Shown one piece after another: positions 26,990 to 38,326 of a stretch of DNA of 64,000 nucleotides. Location of the stretch: the NCBI GenBank assembly GCA_965113315.1, contig OZ220368.1; one strand, given 5' to 3'. Within the stretch, counting starts at the first letter, position 1. Each line of letters starts with the position of its first letter. The translations under genes and the position numbers were made by a program. The notes beneath the pieces are model-generated. The model did not search any database. It was not told the origin of the DNA and worked only from the letters and a program-made list of their open reading frames with translations. The DNA comes from Podarcis vaucheri. Its lineage: Eukaryota.

Positions 26990-27128
26990 CTGGGCTAGGA
27001 AGAACAGGAACACTGATAGCCTGTTATATAATGAAGCACTATAGATTCACACATTCTGAAGCCATTGCCTGGCTACGAATGTGCAGGCCAGGTTCTATTA
27101 TTGGACCCCAGCAGCACTTCCTTGAAGA
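26990..27128 (+). CDS. CDC14A: CDC14A exon 10 equivalent, 139 nt: (A)[46 protein letters not shown]
   Basis: cactgtag acceptor, gtaagt donor; completes the PTP loop HCKAGLGRTG; [10 protein letters not shown] motif. Confidence 0.98.
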
Positions 27129-27464
27129 GTAAGTATGACACCTCTGTTAGTCATATAATTTGCTGTTCCACACCAGACGCTTTCCCCTCTCTGTAGAGCT
27201 TAGCAAGTCTGCTGCATGAATGCCAGATTATTCAGTGACTTTCTTAGAATTCTCTCGGCTGAAATTGCGAGTGCGATTCCTGGTCTGTACTCTTAATTTA
27301 TTGAAGCTCTGATTTATTGTGTTACGCAGAGTATGGTGGCTATTGTAGCTTCAGGGCATGGGTTAAGAAGTTGTAAAGTAGTTTAATCCTCCTGTGTGAC
27401 TTTTTGGCTGAGCATAGTGAGTCAGTCTTTTGTATGCATTTGTAATGTGGTATCTTTGTTGATA

Positions 27465-27620
27465 ACCGCAGACAGCTCAGTTGGTAGAACGTGAGACTCT
27501 TAATCTTAGGGTCTTGGGTTCGAATCCCACATTGGGCAAAAGATTCCTGCATTGCAGGGGGTTAGACTACATGACCCTCATGGTCCCTTCCAACTCTACA
27601 ATTCATATGAATTGTATGAA
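27465..27620 (+). mobile_element. SINE with a tRNA-Lys(CTT)-derived head and a CR1-derived tail
   Basis: agctcagttggtagaacgtgagactcttaatcttagggtcttgggttcgaatcccacattgggc resembles tRNA-Lys(CTT); the tail resembles the CR1 3' end at 32381-32450. Confidence 0.85.
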
Positions 27621-29282
27621 TTAAGGTATCAGGATGTACTTACAATTCTGTCATGAATGTACGTAACTTATTTCAAAGCGGAATACTGGCCCTTTTCTCC
27701 TACCTGTTCTTGAAGAGGGAGGAAAGATCTAAAATATATTTTCTGGATTCACTCAAGCCGTAGCACCCATAGAAAAAAAAAAGCCACAAGAAGTAGTAGG
27801 GCTACCCACTTCAGATGATAGATTGGCCATCTGATTTGCCTTACGGGATTTGTAGTTGTGATAGTGTTGCATTTGGTAATGATGTTGTAGTGGCGCTAAA
27901 TATTGTAGCTGGTCAGGGAAATTGGTCAGGGAAATGTGTCAGCAAAATGCAAGGTTCTGATTCCATGCCGCACATTCTCCATCGTTGTATTTATCCCTCA
28001 CACATACATGTCACATTACTCATGAAACCCACACATGCTAAAACACAGACACACTGCAATGTATCGCCCAAGGGTAAAGGTTAACACAGAGCTATATTTT
28101 TTAAAAAATTTGTTTTCGTGTTTTAATGCTGCATGCTGCATTTTGTTTTCCGAAGGGTAATCTACACATCTTTTAAATAAATAGGTGCTACACAATCTCT
28201 AACTCTCCAAAGAAAAGTAATTTGTATGTATATGGAATGTCCCCTTACCCTTCTCTGTGGTATCAGTGGCCATGAGGTTGCATTTCTGGGGGTGGCTCAG
28301 TCACCTGAAGCCCCTCTCTCACTCACTCTAGCTTAAGGTTGAGAAACAATCTGAACTTGTCCTCTATGACGAGTCTCTTGCCCTGTTGCCCCATACATAA
28401 GGGGTGGGACTCACCTAACTAGCCCCATCAGCTGAACCCTGAACAACAACTTCTGCTTGCTCCTTTGGGCTCCCTCCCCCTCCCTCTTTCCCTTCCCCAT
28501 ATGCTCCCTGAAATTGGATCTGTGGAATTGGGAGAACCGCCATAACAGTACATGGAGGGAGGAGAAGGGGGCATCATTCCATCTGGCTTGCACAGACAGC
28601 GCAATTGGAAGATGTAATGGCGTTGCCTCCCATTCCTGTAACCTTGTTACAATGACTGATTAGCCGTGAGAGGACTTTTCAGCCCCCCTCCCCCCAATTC
28701 ATGGAACCGTTGACAATTATCTTAGCCTTGTCTTGAATCTCCTTCACTTGATTCATGCATATATAGGCCCCCTACATTAGCTAGGCACTCATTTGCAAGA
28801 TGCAGCTTAATGTGATGGTGGGCAACCCCAGGCCAAATGTGGCCATTCCTTGACCCTCTCAGTTTGGCCCTCTGGACTCTTCTTTTGCCCCCGGTACATT
28901 TGCCTGGCTGGAATGTGTCCTTGAACTGTGATAATTTCCCTTGCTTGCCCAGAAAGGAGGAAGGAGACTTTGGTAGTCTAGGTATGTGTCAACCTCCAAC
29001 TTTCACATGGCTGGAATGTAACCTCTTGCACAAAAGGAAAGAGTCACATCCATTGCTCTGCCCACCTTTACATCTGGGCCCCACATCTCACTGGTATGTA
29101 GCCTCAGAAGTTTGCCCATGAGGGGATGAAGCAGCCCTCTGGCTGAGAAAAGTTCACCACCAGCATTTTTATGGCCATTTCCCCTGGGAATAAGTCACTA
29201 TTTACCGCCCAACAGTAATTAAGCAGAATATGCTAGATATGGTTATGTGGTATCCAGTTATCTGACAGGATTAATCCCACGA

Positions 29283-29668
29283 TTATTAATACCCTTCCCA
29301 TCTCCCTGGGTTTCCCCAGCTACTCTGGGCGGCTTCCAACAGAAGATTAAAAACACGATAAAAGATCAAACATTAAAAACCTCCCTAAACAGGGCTGCCT
29401 TCAGATGTCTTCTAAAAGTCAGATTGTTCTTTATCTCCTTGACATCTGATGGGAGGGCGTTCCACAGAGCGGCCGCCACTACCGAGAAGGCCCTCTGCCC
29501 GGTTCCCTGTAACTTCACTTCTCGCAGGGAGGGAACCGCCAGAAGGCCCTTGGAGCTGGACTTCAGTGTCCAGTGGAGACTCTCCTTCAGGTATACTGTG
29601 CCGAGTGCTGTTTAGGGCTTTAAAGGTCAGCACCAACACTTTGAATTGTGCTCGGAAATGTACTGGTT
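29283..29668 (-). mobile_element. L2-clade LINE 3' fragment with internal deletions
   Basis: Reverse complement of the 19582-20000 family. Confidence 0.88.
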
Positions 29669-31609
29669 ACTGAAAGGTGCAGAGCTAGGAAAGCTGAGGG
29701 CATATTGATATTAGCAAGACAGAATGTAGGCGTTTTAACATCCGAGAATGACCACATGAGCACATTGGCAAATCGGCTGAGAAAGAGGTTTCAGAGTTTA
29801 TCCTCTTTGCTAAAGGTCGCAAGTTTAAATGCCAGAGATGAACAAAAGTTGCTTTCTCACAAAGCGATGATTCACTGTTGGAATTTTGGCTCTTTTCAGA
29901 GAGGTTTTTTTTATTAAAAAAAAGTTCAGTTTTTAATGCTTTGACACAAATAACTATCTAGAACAAACATCATAAAACAACAGTGAACGATGCTCCTAAT
30001 TCATACTGCCACTGTTTTGTAGTTTATAGAAAATAATGCTTTTGACACAGGGAGTTCTGTATTCCTGGCTGTTCCAAAAGGCACATATTCCCTAACTTTG
30101 GGATTTAAAAGGTTAAACGCATTGAGTCCCAGTTCTTTTTGTAGTGATAACTTTCTCACCTTTGCAGTCCCTGGATCCCTATGTGAGACAGAAGAATAGC
30201 ACTCGAAAGCATTTGAAACCTGCTAGAACATATTTTAGTTTTCAGTAGGAAAGCCTGAACAATAATGTTCAGGTCCAGGTGAAGAACCCATGTTTTCTCA
30301 TTAGTGTCAAGAAAACTTCCTTGCATTCATTTTTCAATTGTGGCCTGTACATCTGATAAGAACACAAAATCCTTTGCTTGCCTGAAGCTCTGTGTTGATA
30401 TCGAAGCTCATCAATGAACATGCAAATTGCTAGACTGGAGTCCTAACCTTCCCTGTAAGAACTGTGCTGTTTAGAGTAAAAAGGATGTCATTGCAGAAGC
30501 AGGGTGCAAAGGAACTTGAACTGTTCAGGGTCTCTGTTCTTTTAGGTTGTGTTTTTCAGTTGCCCAAAATACTCCAAGCGTTACTTCTGGACAGTTAGCC
30601 TCCTAACAAATAAATGCTGGGAAATAATTGTAAACAGTTGTTCACATGCACTTTGCAATGTATGAATAAGATAATCTAAAGGAGAAACAAAAGCTTCCTC
30701 GATACTTAGGAGAAAGGATAACATATATTTCACCTCTTAATCTTTGTTCATATGTGACACAGATTCCCAGCATGTTATTTCAAGAGTTAATGGCTTTCAT
30801 CATCAGCAGTATAATCTCAGATCACACTTAATTATACTGGATATCAACTTCCTCACTCTAAGCAGAAATAACTCCACCCACCCCATCTTTCTAATCCTGA
30901 CCTATTCACCAGTTATGTAACCTCCCTGTGGGAGCTTTTCTCTGAGTCAAAGTATGTGGATAATGCTATTTCTTTTGGCTCACTTCCAGAGTTGTCACAC
31001 TTCGTTCTACTAAGCAAAACTGCAGGGGGGGGGGAATTGCTTGTGGAGGAAATCAGTAAAATTTAGCATAACAAAGTTTTTTAAAAAAACCTGCAACACC
31101 CAGCTACATTATTTTTTATGTGAAGGAAAAGGCAATGGTCACACAAAGTAACTACTTTTTTTAGATGCATCCTGTTTATATGTGCATCAATTGAACATAT
31201 TTGTATTTTCATCAGTTCATTTCAAGAAAATATTTAAAAGTTTATTTAAAATGAACATTTAACGACACAATAAAATAAAATTTTCACAATTTTGTAATGC
31301 AGTATATTAGAATTGATTTTTTCCCCTGGTTATGATAAACTTTCCCAATCAAATGTCTGAAGAAGCAAGAATACCCAAAATAAACTTCCAGATAAAATTA
31401 TTTAAAATAAAGTTATGTATACTGTAATGAGTGATTTCCAATGCTACAGTATGTGTAACCAAGTTGAAAGTCCTATTTTACTGTACTCTACCCTGGGGCT
31501 ACTCTGCAAAGAAGTCTTAAATATTTTTAAAAATAAATAGTTGTTTTTACTGTGACTTTGACGTGCATTTTGCTGGAACTAATTTTGCCCTTTTTTCACT
31601 GTTTAATAG

Positions 31610-31772
31610 AAAGCAGTCGATGTTATGGCTCCAAGGTGACCTCTTCCGATCCAAACAGAAACCAAGATTAGTAGATGAAGACAGCATGAGCAGAATTCTG
31701 TCTGGCTTGGATGACATTTCCATCAGTGGGACTTTGAATAAAATAGAAAGTAATTTGGATAAATATGTAGAG
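31610..31772 (+). CDS. CDC14A: CDC14A exon 11 equivalent, 163 nt: KQSMLWLQGDLFRSK...ILSGLDDISI...DKYVE
   Basis: gtttaatag acceptor, gtaaaa donor; phase 2/0; contains the leucine-rich NES-like ILSGLDDISI. Confidence 0.94.
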
Positions 31773-32380
31773 GTAAAATTTCACTGGAATTATCTCCTTA
31801 ATATCCCAAGTAGAAAAGCTGCAATGGAGTAGTTTTTGAAATATAATAATGCTTGATATACGTCTTTTATCCATCTATCTCACTATTGTGTGTTCAGAGC
31901 ACTTCACAGGTTCTCAAATAACTTCATATATTTTACTCTTGTAAAAAGTGTTCAGTATTATTATTGCTATAGTACACCGGGGGAAGGTGTGTGCAAGAAG
32001 ACTGAGAGAGAGCATGTCTAAGACTACCTAGTAAGTTCTTAGAATAGATAAACATCATCAATATACGCTGACAATTAACCGTAAATTCCCAATTGACCTC
32101 TCCGGTGCCCTCATATTGAAATTAAATAGTTTGGGAGACAACACAGTTTCCTGGGGACCCCATCAGCACAAGTGTAATGGGTCCAAGCAGTCTTCCCCCC
32201 AAACTATTTCCTAGAGTCGGCCTTTTAGCTATTATGCTACCCCAGTGTATATTCTAAGGATTGCAGCCAACAAAGTTCTACTTGGAGGAGGCTCATTGGG
32301 ATTAACGGACTCAAGCTACTTCAACAGGTCTCCTCTGAGTATGACAAACATTAGATACCACCTTCAGTGCCCTCACATTA

Positions 32381-32794
32381 TCATAGAATAGAATCATAGA
32401 ATCATAGAGTTGGAATAGACCACAAGGGCCATCGAGTCCAACCCCCTGCCAAGCAGGAAACACCATCAGAGCACTCCTGACATATGGTTGTCAAGCCTCT
32501 GCTTAAAGACCTCCAAAGAAGGAGACTCCATCACACTCCTTGGCAGCAAATTCCACTGTTGAACAGCTCTTACTGTCAGGAAGTTCTTCCTAATGTTTAG
32601 GTGGAATCTTCTTTCTTGTAGTTTGGATCCATTGCTCCGTGTCCGCTTCTCTGGAGCAGCAGAAAACAACCTTTCTCCCTCCTCTATGTGACATCCTTTT
32701 ATATATTTGAACATGGCTATCATATCACCCCTTAGCCTCCTCTTCTCCAGGCTAAACATGCCCAGCTCCCTTAGCCGTTCCTCATAAGGCATCG
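32381..32794 (-). mobile_element. CR1 LINE 3' end, young, 5'-truncated
   Basis: Uninterrupted ORF 32466-32792 (YEERLRELGMFSLEKRRLRGD...SPSLEVFKQRLD) and (attctatg)n tail. Confidence 0.95.
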
Positions 32795-33234
32795 ACCATT
32801 ATATCCTGGTCTGTTTTCCTGGTTAGCTCACTGACAGTAAGTTCAGGTTTCCAGGCTCAGTCATAACTGGAATACAAGCTAAGATGTTCTTTGTGAAGCC
32901 AGCATGGAAGAGCACTTGGCCCCAGCTTGGGAACTACAACTTATGAAGCCAGGAACGTTTGTCCAAATGTGTTTCAGTGTTAGCACATTGATTGGCATTC
33001 AGGTTAATTGCAAGCTAATGGGTCGTCCCCCCCCCCAAACAACGCAAGGTATGTTGGAATGGAGAGAAAGCAAAATGCAGATTTGGCAACACTATGTCCA
33101 ATCTTGGTTGTGTTAACTGATGTGACGGCACTACATTGTGCTTTTGGCCTTTGTCCATCTTAGAATGTGGAACAGGATAAATCCAAAGTTACCCGAGGGC
33201 AGGTGTAGCTTTGCTTTTATAATTTGAGCTAGAG

Positions 33235-33371
33235 CACGCATAGGCAAACTCGGCCCTCCAGATATTTTTGGGACTACAACTCCCATGATCCCTAGCTAAC
33301 AGGACCAGTGGTCAGGGATGATGGGAATTGTGGTCCCAAAACATCTGGAGAGTCAAGTTTGCCTGTGCCTG
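33235..33371. mobile_element. Short palindromic hAT MITE; relatives at 42668-42792 (TSD ctccaaat/ctctaaat), ~49430-49560 and ~59225-59330
   Basis: TSD agctagag/agctagaa; long internal inverted repeat gggactacaactcccat...atgggaattgtggtccc. Confidence 0.88.
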
Positions 33372-33679
33372 AGCTAGAATATCTCCTCTCAAACCACTGG
33401 TCATCAGCTTTTAAATTCCAACCTGTTAGATAAGATGCACTCGGCTGTTTATGTGTGAAATATCTCTGTTGTGGAAAGCGTACCCTGAGAGGGCTTTGTG
33501 GGAAATGGCAACTTGAGCCCGTGGGTTATCTGTGTGGTTGATAATGGGCCCAAAACAATATGGCACAAGAAGGAAAGGTCTATTGCCTTCAAAGGGCTGG
33601 GCCCCAGGTAAAGTAAAAGAAAAAAACACAATCCTGTTTTGAATCTCCTTAATTTTGTTGAACTGTACCTATTTTCCAG

Positions 33680-33795
33680 AATGAATTGGAAGACACTTCA
33701 GAGCAGGAAATCAAGAATGGCATGACGCAGGGGGACAAACTTCGTGCCTTGAAACTTCGGAGGCAGCCACGTTCAGCTACAACGGGAACTCTTAG
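33680..33795 (+). CDS. CDC14A: CDC14A exon 12 equivalent, 116 nt: NELEDTSEQEIKNGMTQGDKLRALKLRRQPRSATTGTLR
   Basis: ttttccag acceptor, gtgaca donor; conserved TQGDKLRALK motif; phase 0/2. Confidence 0.95.
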
Positions 33796-34620
33796 GTGAC
33801 ACATTCAAAGTTCTCGTGTTCGGAGAGCTATCTAGATTAGCAGGTGGTATTCCACCAATACTTTAAAACACCTAATTTCGCAGGTCTGGCACTAAAAGAT
33901 TTGTTACTTTGGACAACGATGCCTATCTAGGCTTTGACAACAACTTTCCCGGGACGTGGGGCAAGAGGCCAGAGACAGCTCTTTGTCTAAAGATGTTAGT
34001 TTTAATGGGAAAAGAGGCTTAAAATATTTCATAGAAGTCAGATTCTGAGTTACCTGAAGAAATGTAACTTTGTGTATGAATGTGGTCCACCCACATTCTT
34101 ACTCTGCAACATCTATCTAGGATTCAGGAAGAGGCATCTAATCACCGGCTACCTGATCCTTTTGTTTTTACTTGAGATGCCAGGGACTGAACCTCGGACC
34201 TTGTCCATGAAAGGCTGTGTCTTCCTTCTGAATGTGGCTCTCTGTGCCTTAAGACTGTTGAAGGAGACCCTGCTTTGGGTGGTCAGTATCTGAGGGGTAC
34301 AGCATGAGATTGAGGGCCTTCTTAGCACAGACACATGCCCTGTGGAGCTCCCTCCTCAGGGACATTGGACAAGATCCCAATCTTCCTGAGCATGGGTAAA
34401 ATGTTTTTCCTTTCCTTTCCTTTTTGGGAATCAGTTTCCGGATTGGGAGAGAAATGTGGTGAACAGCCTGGTACTTTGTATATTAGTAAACTCCTATTTC
34501 ATTAATACGTAGTATTCTTGTTGGTTCCTTAATTAGAGTTATACTGTATATATTTTAAGGATTTTAGGTTTGGCTGTATAGTGGGAATACTTTTGATTTA
34601 AAATGCCATTGATTTTCTAG

Positions 34621-34668
34621 GCTTGAGGATATGAAACTGCACTCCAGATCCAGGTCCCAGCCTTTCAG
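34621..34668 (+). CDS. CDC14A: CDC14A exon 13 equivalent, 48 nt: LEDMKLHSRSRSQPFR
   Basis: ttttctag acceptor, gtactt donor; phase 2/2; SQPFR ending as in CDC14A. Confidence 0.9.
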
Positions 34669-35238
34669 GTACTTATTTCCATAGTTCACAGAGAAGCAAT
34701 TGGGATTATATTTTCACTGACTTTTTGGCAGATCTTGAAACGTCCCGTTTCCCCCTCGCCCTCTCACTTAAAAGTGATTGTCCCTGTAAGTTGTGTGTGT
34801 TACAGCCGCTTCTCATAACACGATTCTTGTTCAGAGAACTGTTGTTGGAATTTGCTCCCGTTAACAGCCTTTTGTAGTGGGACATATTTTATACCTACTT
34901 CTCCTTGTGAGCCTGCCGTGGGTATGTTAAATGTCGGGAATGTCGCTTAGCCATTCTTGTGTCTGATTCACAAGTAAATATGTATATAAACCTTTCGTTC
35001 TCTTAAAATTATCCCACACTGAAAGTGACTTTGAGCATCATTCCAGCGAGCAAAATGTGTATTCAGAAAGCTGCCCTGACTCATCTGCTTAATGGCTTTA
35101 AATGCATTCTTCCACACAGATAAGTGTGGACTTCTGAATGTGAGTCTTTGCAGTGATGTGGCAATTGAAACCAAATCTCTAAAGCAGAGTTCGCTAATCT
35201 GTGGCTCTCCACTTATTACTGGAATACAATTCCCATTA

Positions 35239-35731
35239 CAGTGGTACCTCGGGTTACATACGCTTCAGGTTACAGACTCTGCTAACCCAGAAATATTACC
35301 TCGGGTTAAGAACTTTGCTTCAGGATGAGAACAGAAATCGTGCAGTGGCAACACAGTGGCAGCAGGAGGCCCCATTAGCCAAAGTGGTGCTTCAGGTTAA
35401 GAACAGTTTCAGGTTAATGTGATGAATTTATATGTTTAATGTTGAATTGTAAAGAAAGAAAGATGTTAAGTGATGAAGTTAATTTTATAAGAATATTGGT
35501 TTTGGAAAACCGTTAAAATGATATACAATGAAATCCAATCAGGGGGATACGAGGAAGCCACTTAACAATGTTATTAAGTTTGGCTTAAATACGGTTGAGA
35601 TTTATGTTTGTTTGTTTGTTTGTTTGTCAAAAAAACTTTTTGGGAAAATCAATAAAAGGGGGGGAGAGAACAGTTTCAGGTTAAGAACAGACCTCCAGAA
35701 CGAATTAAGTTCTTAACCCGTGGTACCACTG
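35239..35731. mobile_element. Tigger-like MITE interrupted by a retro-insertion; uninterrupted copies at 45851-46072 and 47123-47346
   Basis: TA-cagtggtacc...ggtaccactg-TA; co-linear with the other two copies apart from the insert. Confidence 0.92.
35418..35666 (+). mobile_element. L1/Tx1-type LINE 3'UTR fragment
   Basis: 18-bp TSD agaacagtttcaggttaa; AATAAA at 35651-35656; motif similarity to the L1 end at 36713. Confidence 0.7.
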
Positions 35732-36712
35732 TATCCCTGATCCCTGGCCATGCTGGCTGGGGCTGGGAGTTGGGAATGCAGCAACATCTGGAATGCCAGA
35801 GGTTTCCCACCCCAGCTCTGAAGCCTGCTCCATACATTGGAATATATTCACTTGGGTGGCTCTTCATAAGTCAGATTATCTCTGTGAGCAGTTGCCCTTA
35901 CAGTTGGATAACGAAAAAACCCAACATCCTGAAAATTAGGGGTGGGGTTGAATTTCCATGGATGCATGCTACGTGAATTCTGTGTGTGCCCCTTCATCCA
36001 AAAAAGTTTATTTTTGTTTTATATCTTTGAAGAAATATTTTATCACCCCCCCCTTTTTTCAATTCAACAAAAGCACTGGGGGACATTACAATTTTGCATA
36101 AAAATTGAAACAATAAAACAAAACAGCGTTAAAAAAAATGTGAATGCACAGCGGAAACTCAGGTGAATCACAGCAAGCGCCACACAACTGAAATCTGATT
36201 GCTAGGCAGCATCAAATGCCCACCAGAAAAGTGCCTCTTTTTTTCTGGCTCTGAAAAGAGCAAGAGCAAGCCAGACTTCTCTAGGAAGATAGTAGGTAAG
36301 AACCAGCAATCTGCCTAGGTTAACGTCTTGGCAGCTTCATTCTGTGAAACTCCTCTGTAGTTTCCAAGCCATCTTAAAGGCAGCCTCATGGAGAGCTCAT
36401 TACCACTCTTATTGTTTTGATGTCATGGCTTGCCGGTCACACAAAGCTGGTGAAATTCATTTCTGGTCACTGTTGCTACCCGGACATCCAAAAATGCGCA
36501 GCATCTAAGAGTACATCCAGACTGGGGACCCGAGTCTTCAGGGAACAGCACTTTGCATGAATTGGTCCATATAACAGTCTTCAGTGTTTCCATCTCACCA
36601 GGCTAGTTTGTTTGTTTGCTGACCATCGCTAACCTCAGACGCCTAGAGTGGTGTTTCCACTGCCTCCCTGGGATTTGATGGAACTCTGGGAGAAGATAAT
36701 CTGCATCTTATC

Positions 36713-37066
36713 TTTTTTTAAAAAAAAAAATTATTGAATTTTCACAAATTATAAAAACACACACAATACACAATACAAACATACACACACAAAAACAAAC
36801 ATGTATAATTTCAAATCCTTTTTTTCTTAAAACTTACTTCACCGACTTCCCCATACCTCCCCTTTCTGCGTTCCAATTCCCAAATTTATTTCAGCAAATC
36901 CTCCCCCTTAATTTTATCTAATTTTTTTCTTTTCTTTTCTTTTACTTAAACTTTTACAGCTATAATCCCTTATTTTCTATAACCACAACATTTTAACACT
37001 CATTAATTTTGCAATATTTCTTAAGATAAATTTTAAATTTCTTCCAATCTTCTTCTGCCGTCTCCA
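36713..37066 (-). mobile_element. L1/Tx1-type LINE 3' end, 5'-truncated
   Basis: ~20-bp TSD aagataatctgcatYttatc (36693-36712, 37067-37086); minus strand encodes ETAEEDWKKFKIYLKKYCKINEC-stop, like an ORF2 C-terminus, then 3'UTR and A/T tail. Confidence 0.82.
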
Positions 37067-37255
37067 AAGATAATCTGCATTTTATCAATATACTGGGGTC
37101 ACTATATCCCAAATCCCCAAATGAATTCCCCAGTGGTTTCAATCCTACCGATAGGTAGCCTAAGTATTAAGCTTGCGTTTCTCAAAATGTTAGTTTAAGC
37201 GAGATGCTTCTGTCTAAATGATTAAAACATACTTTTGTTCTTCTTCTTCTTTCAG

Positions 37256-37387
37256 ACTGAATACGGCATCTATCTCTCAGGGATCTGTATCTCCTTTGAA
37301 GTCCTCCAAAGTGGCCGCTGCTACATCACCTGCAGCGAAGAGAATAAGCAGAAGTTCTCACTCCTCCTCAAGCCCAAATTTTAAAAG
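37256..37387 (+). CDS. CDC14A: CDC14A exon 14 equivalent, 132 nt: LNTASISQGSVSPLKSSKVAAATSPAAKRISRSSHSSSSPNFK
   Basis: Long (ttc)n pyrimidine tract + cag acceptor, gtatgc donor; phase 2/2; Ser-rich tail. Confidence 0.92.
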
Positions 37388-38001
37388 GTATGCCTTACTC
37401 TAGTCTATCTATTCCTTTGTGGGTGGGGAGATATAAAGAAAGGGCAATATCAAGTTTATTTTGGAGAGGGGTGGATCTCAGTTTCATAGATTTGCATCTT
37501 GGTCTTTGTGATTGGACTCCTGATTGTAGTAAATTAGTTTGATAGTCTGAACAAGTCGCCTTTAGTACTAATGCAACTGTGGCTGTGATACTGAGAGGGC
37601 CCTGTATTGAAATATCCACATACAGGGGTTTCTGCAGAGTCGTCATTCCCCCCCACCCACCCAGAAGCACTTTTCAGCTGTTTATAGAACCAAGAAATAG
37701 ATAAATGGCAAATGAGTCAGCTAGGAGCCTGGAAATTCCAAATACCCATGGTCATCTCTTACGCATGGCTTTGGGGGTGGTCTTCACTTACAATTCCAGG
37801 CCTTTTTGATGGTTGCTTCATCGTTTGCCTTACGGGAGAGAATGAAGCTGTGTATCGCCATCACTTAATTTTGTGGCAATGGTTCTTTTGTTGTTTCCTC
37901 CCCCTTAGTACCTTTTATAAATGTGCCTTGCATTAACCATCACGTTATGTACATTTTGTGTGTGTGTGTGTGTTTTTACCCCGCATGTGTTTTCCGTTCA
38001 G

Positions 38002-38326
38002 CATTTCCATAAACTCCAGGCTAGCCAGTTCTCTAGGGAACCTGTATGCCGCTTCAGATGATGCCGAGAGCAAATTGACATCATCGTCCTCTAGGACAGG
38101 TTATTCTGTAAACCAAATCTGCAGTCACTTGAATGGCAGCGCGCACCTGCCTGCCAGAAATTACCATGAGCAGAACAACAACATGTACAACAGGAGCGGC
38201 AGTAGCACTACCAACCTCAACAGCTATGCCAATTCTCCCAGCGTCCTGACAGACGAGTACAGCACCTACAGATCCTTTACGGGGCTCGCTGCTTCTCCAG
38301 CAAGATACCTGAGTCGCTCAATTCCT
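38002..38326 (+). CDS. CDC14A: CDC14A exon 15 equivalent, 325 nt: ISINSRLASSLGNLYAA...ARYLSRSIP
   Basis: ccgttcag acceptor, gtaagt donor; conserved SINSRLASSLGNL and LSRSIP; phase 2/0. Confidence 0.94.

Noticed and set aside
27465-27540. Functional tRNA-Lys(CTT) gene
   Set aside because: The acceptor stem is degenerate, there is no oligo-T terminator, and it is fused to a CR1-like tail, so it is a SINE head.
34806-34921. Possible poison exon in intron 13 (ttacag...gtgg|gtatgt) with an early in-frame TAA
   Set aside because: Weak polypyrimidine tract and no homology or transcript evidence; such splice-site pairs arise by chance.
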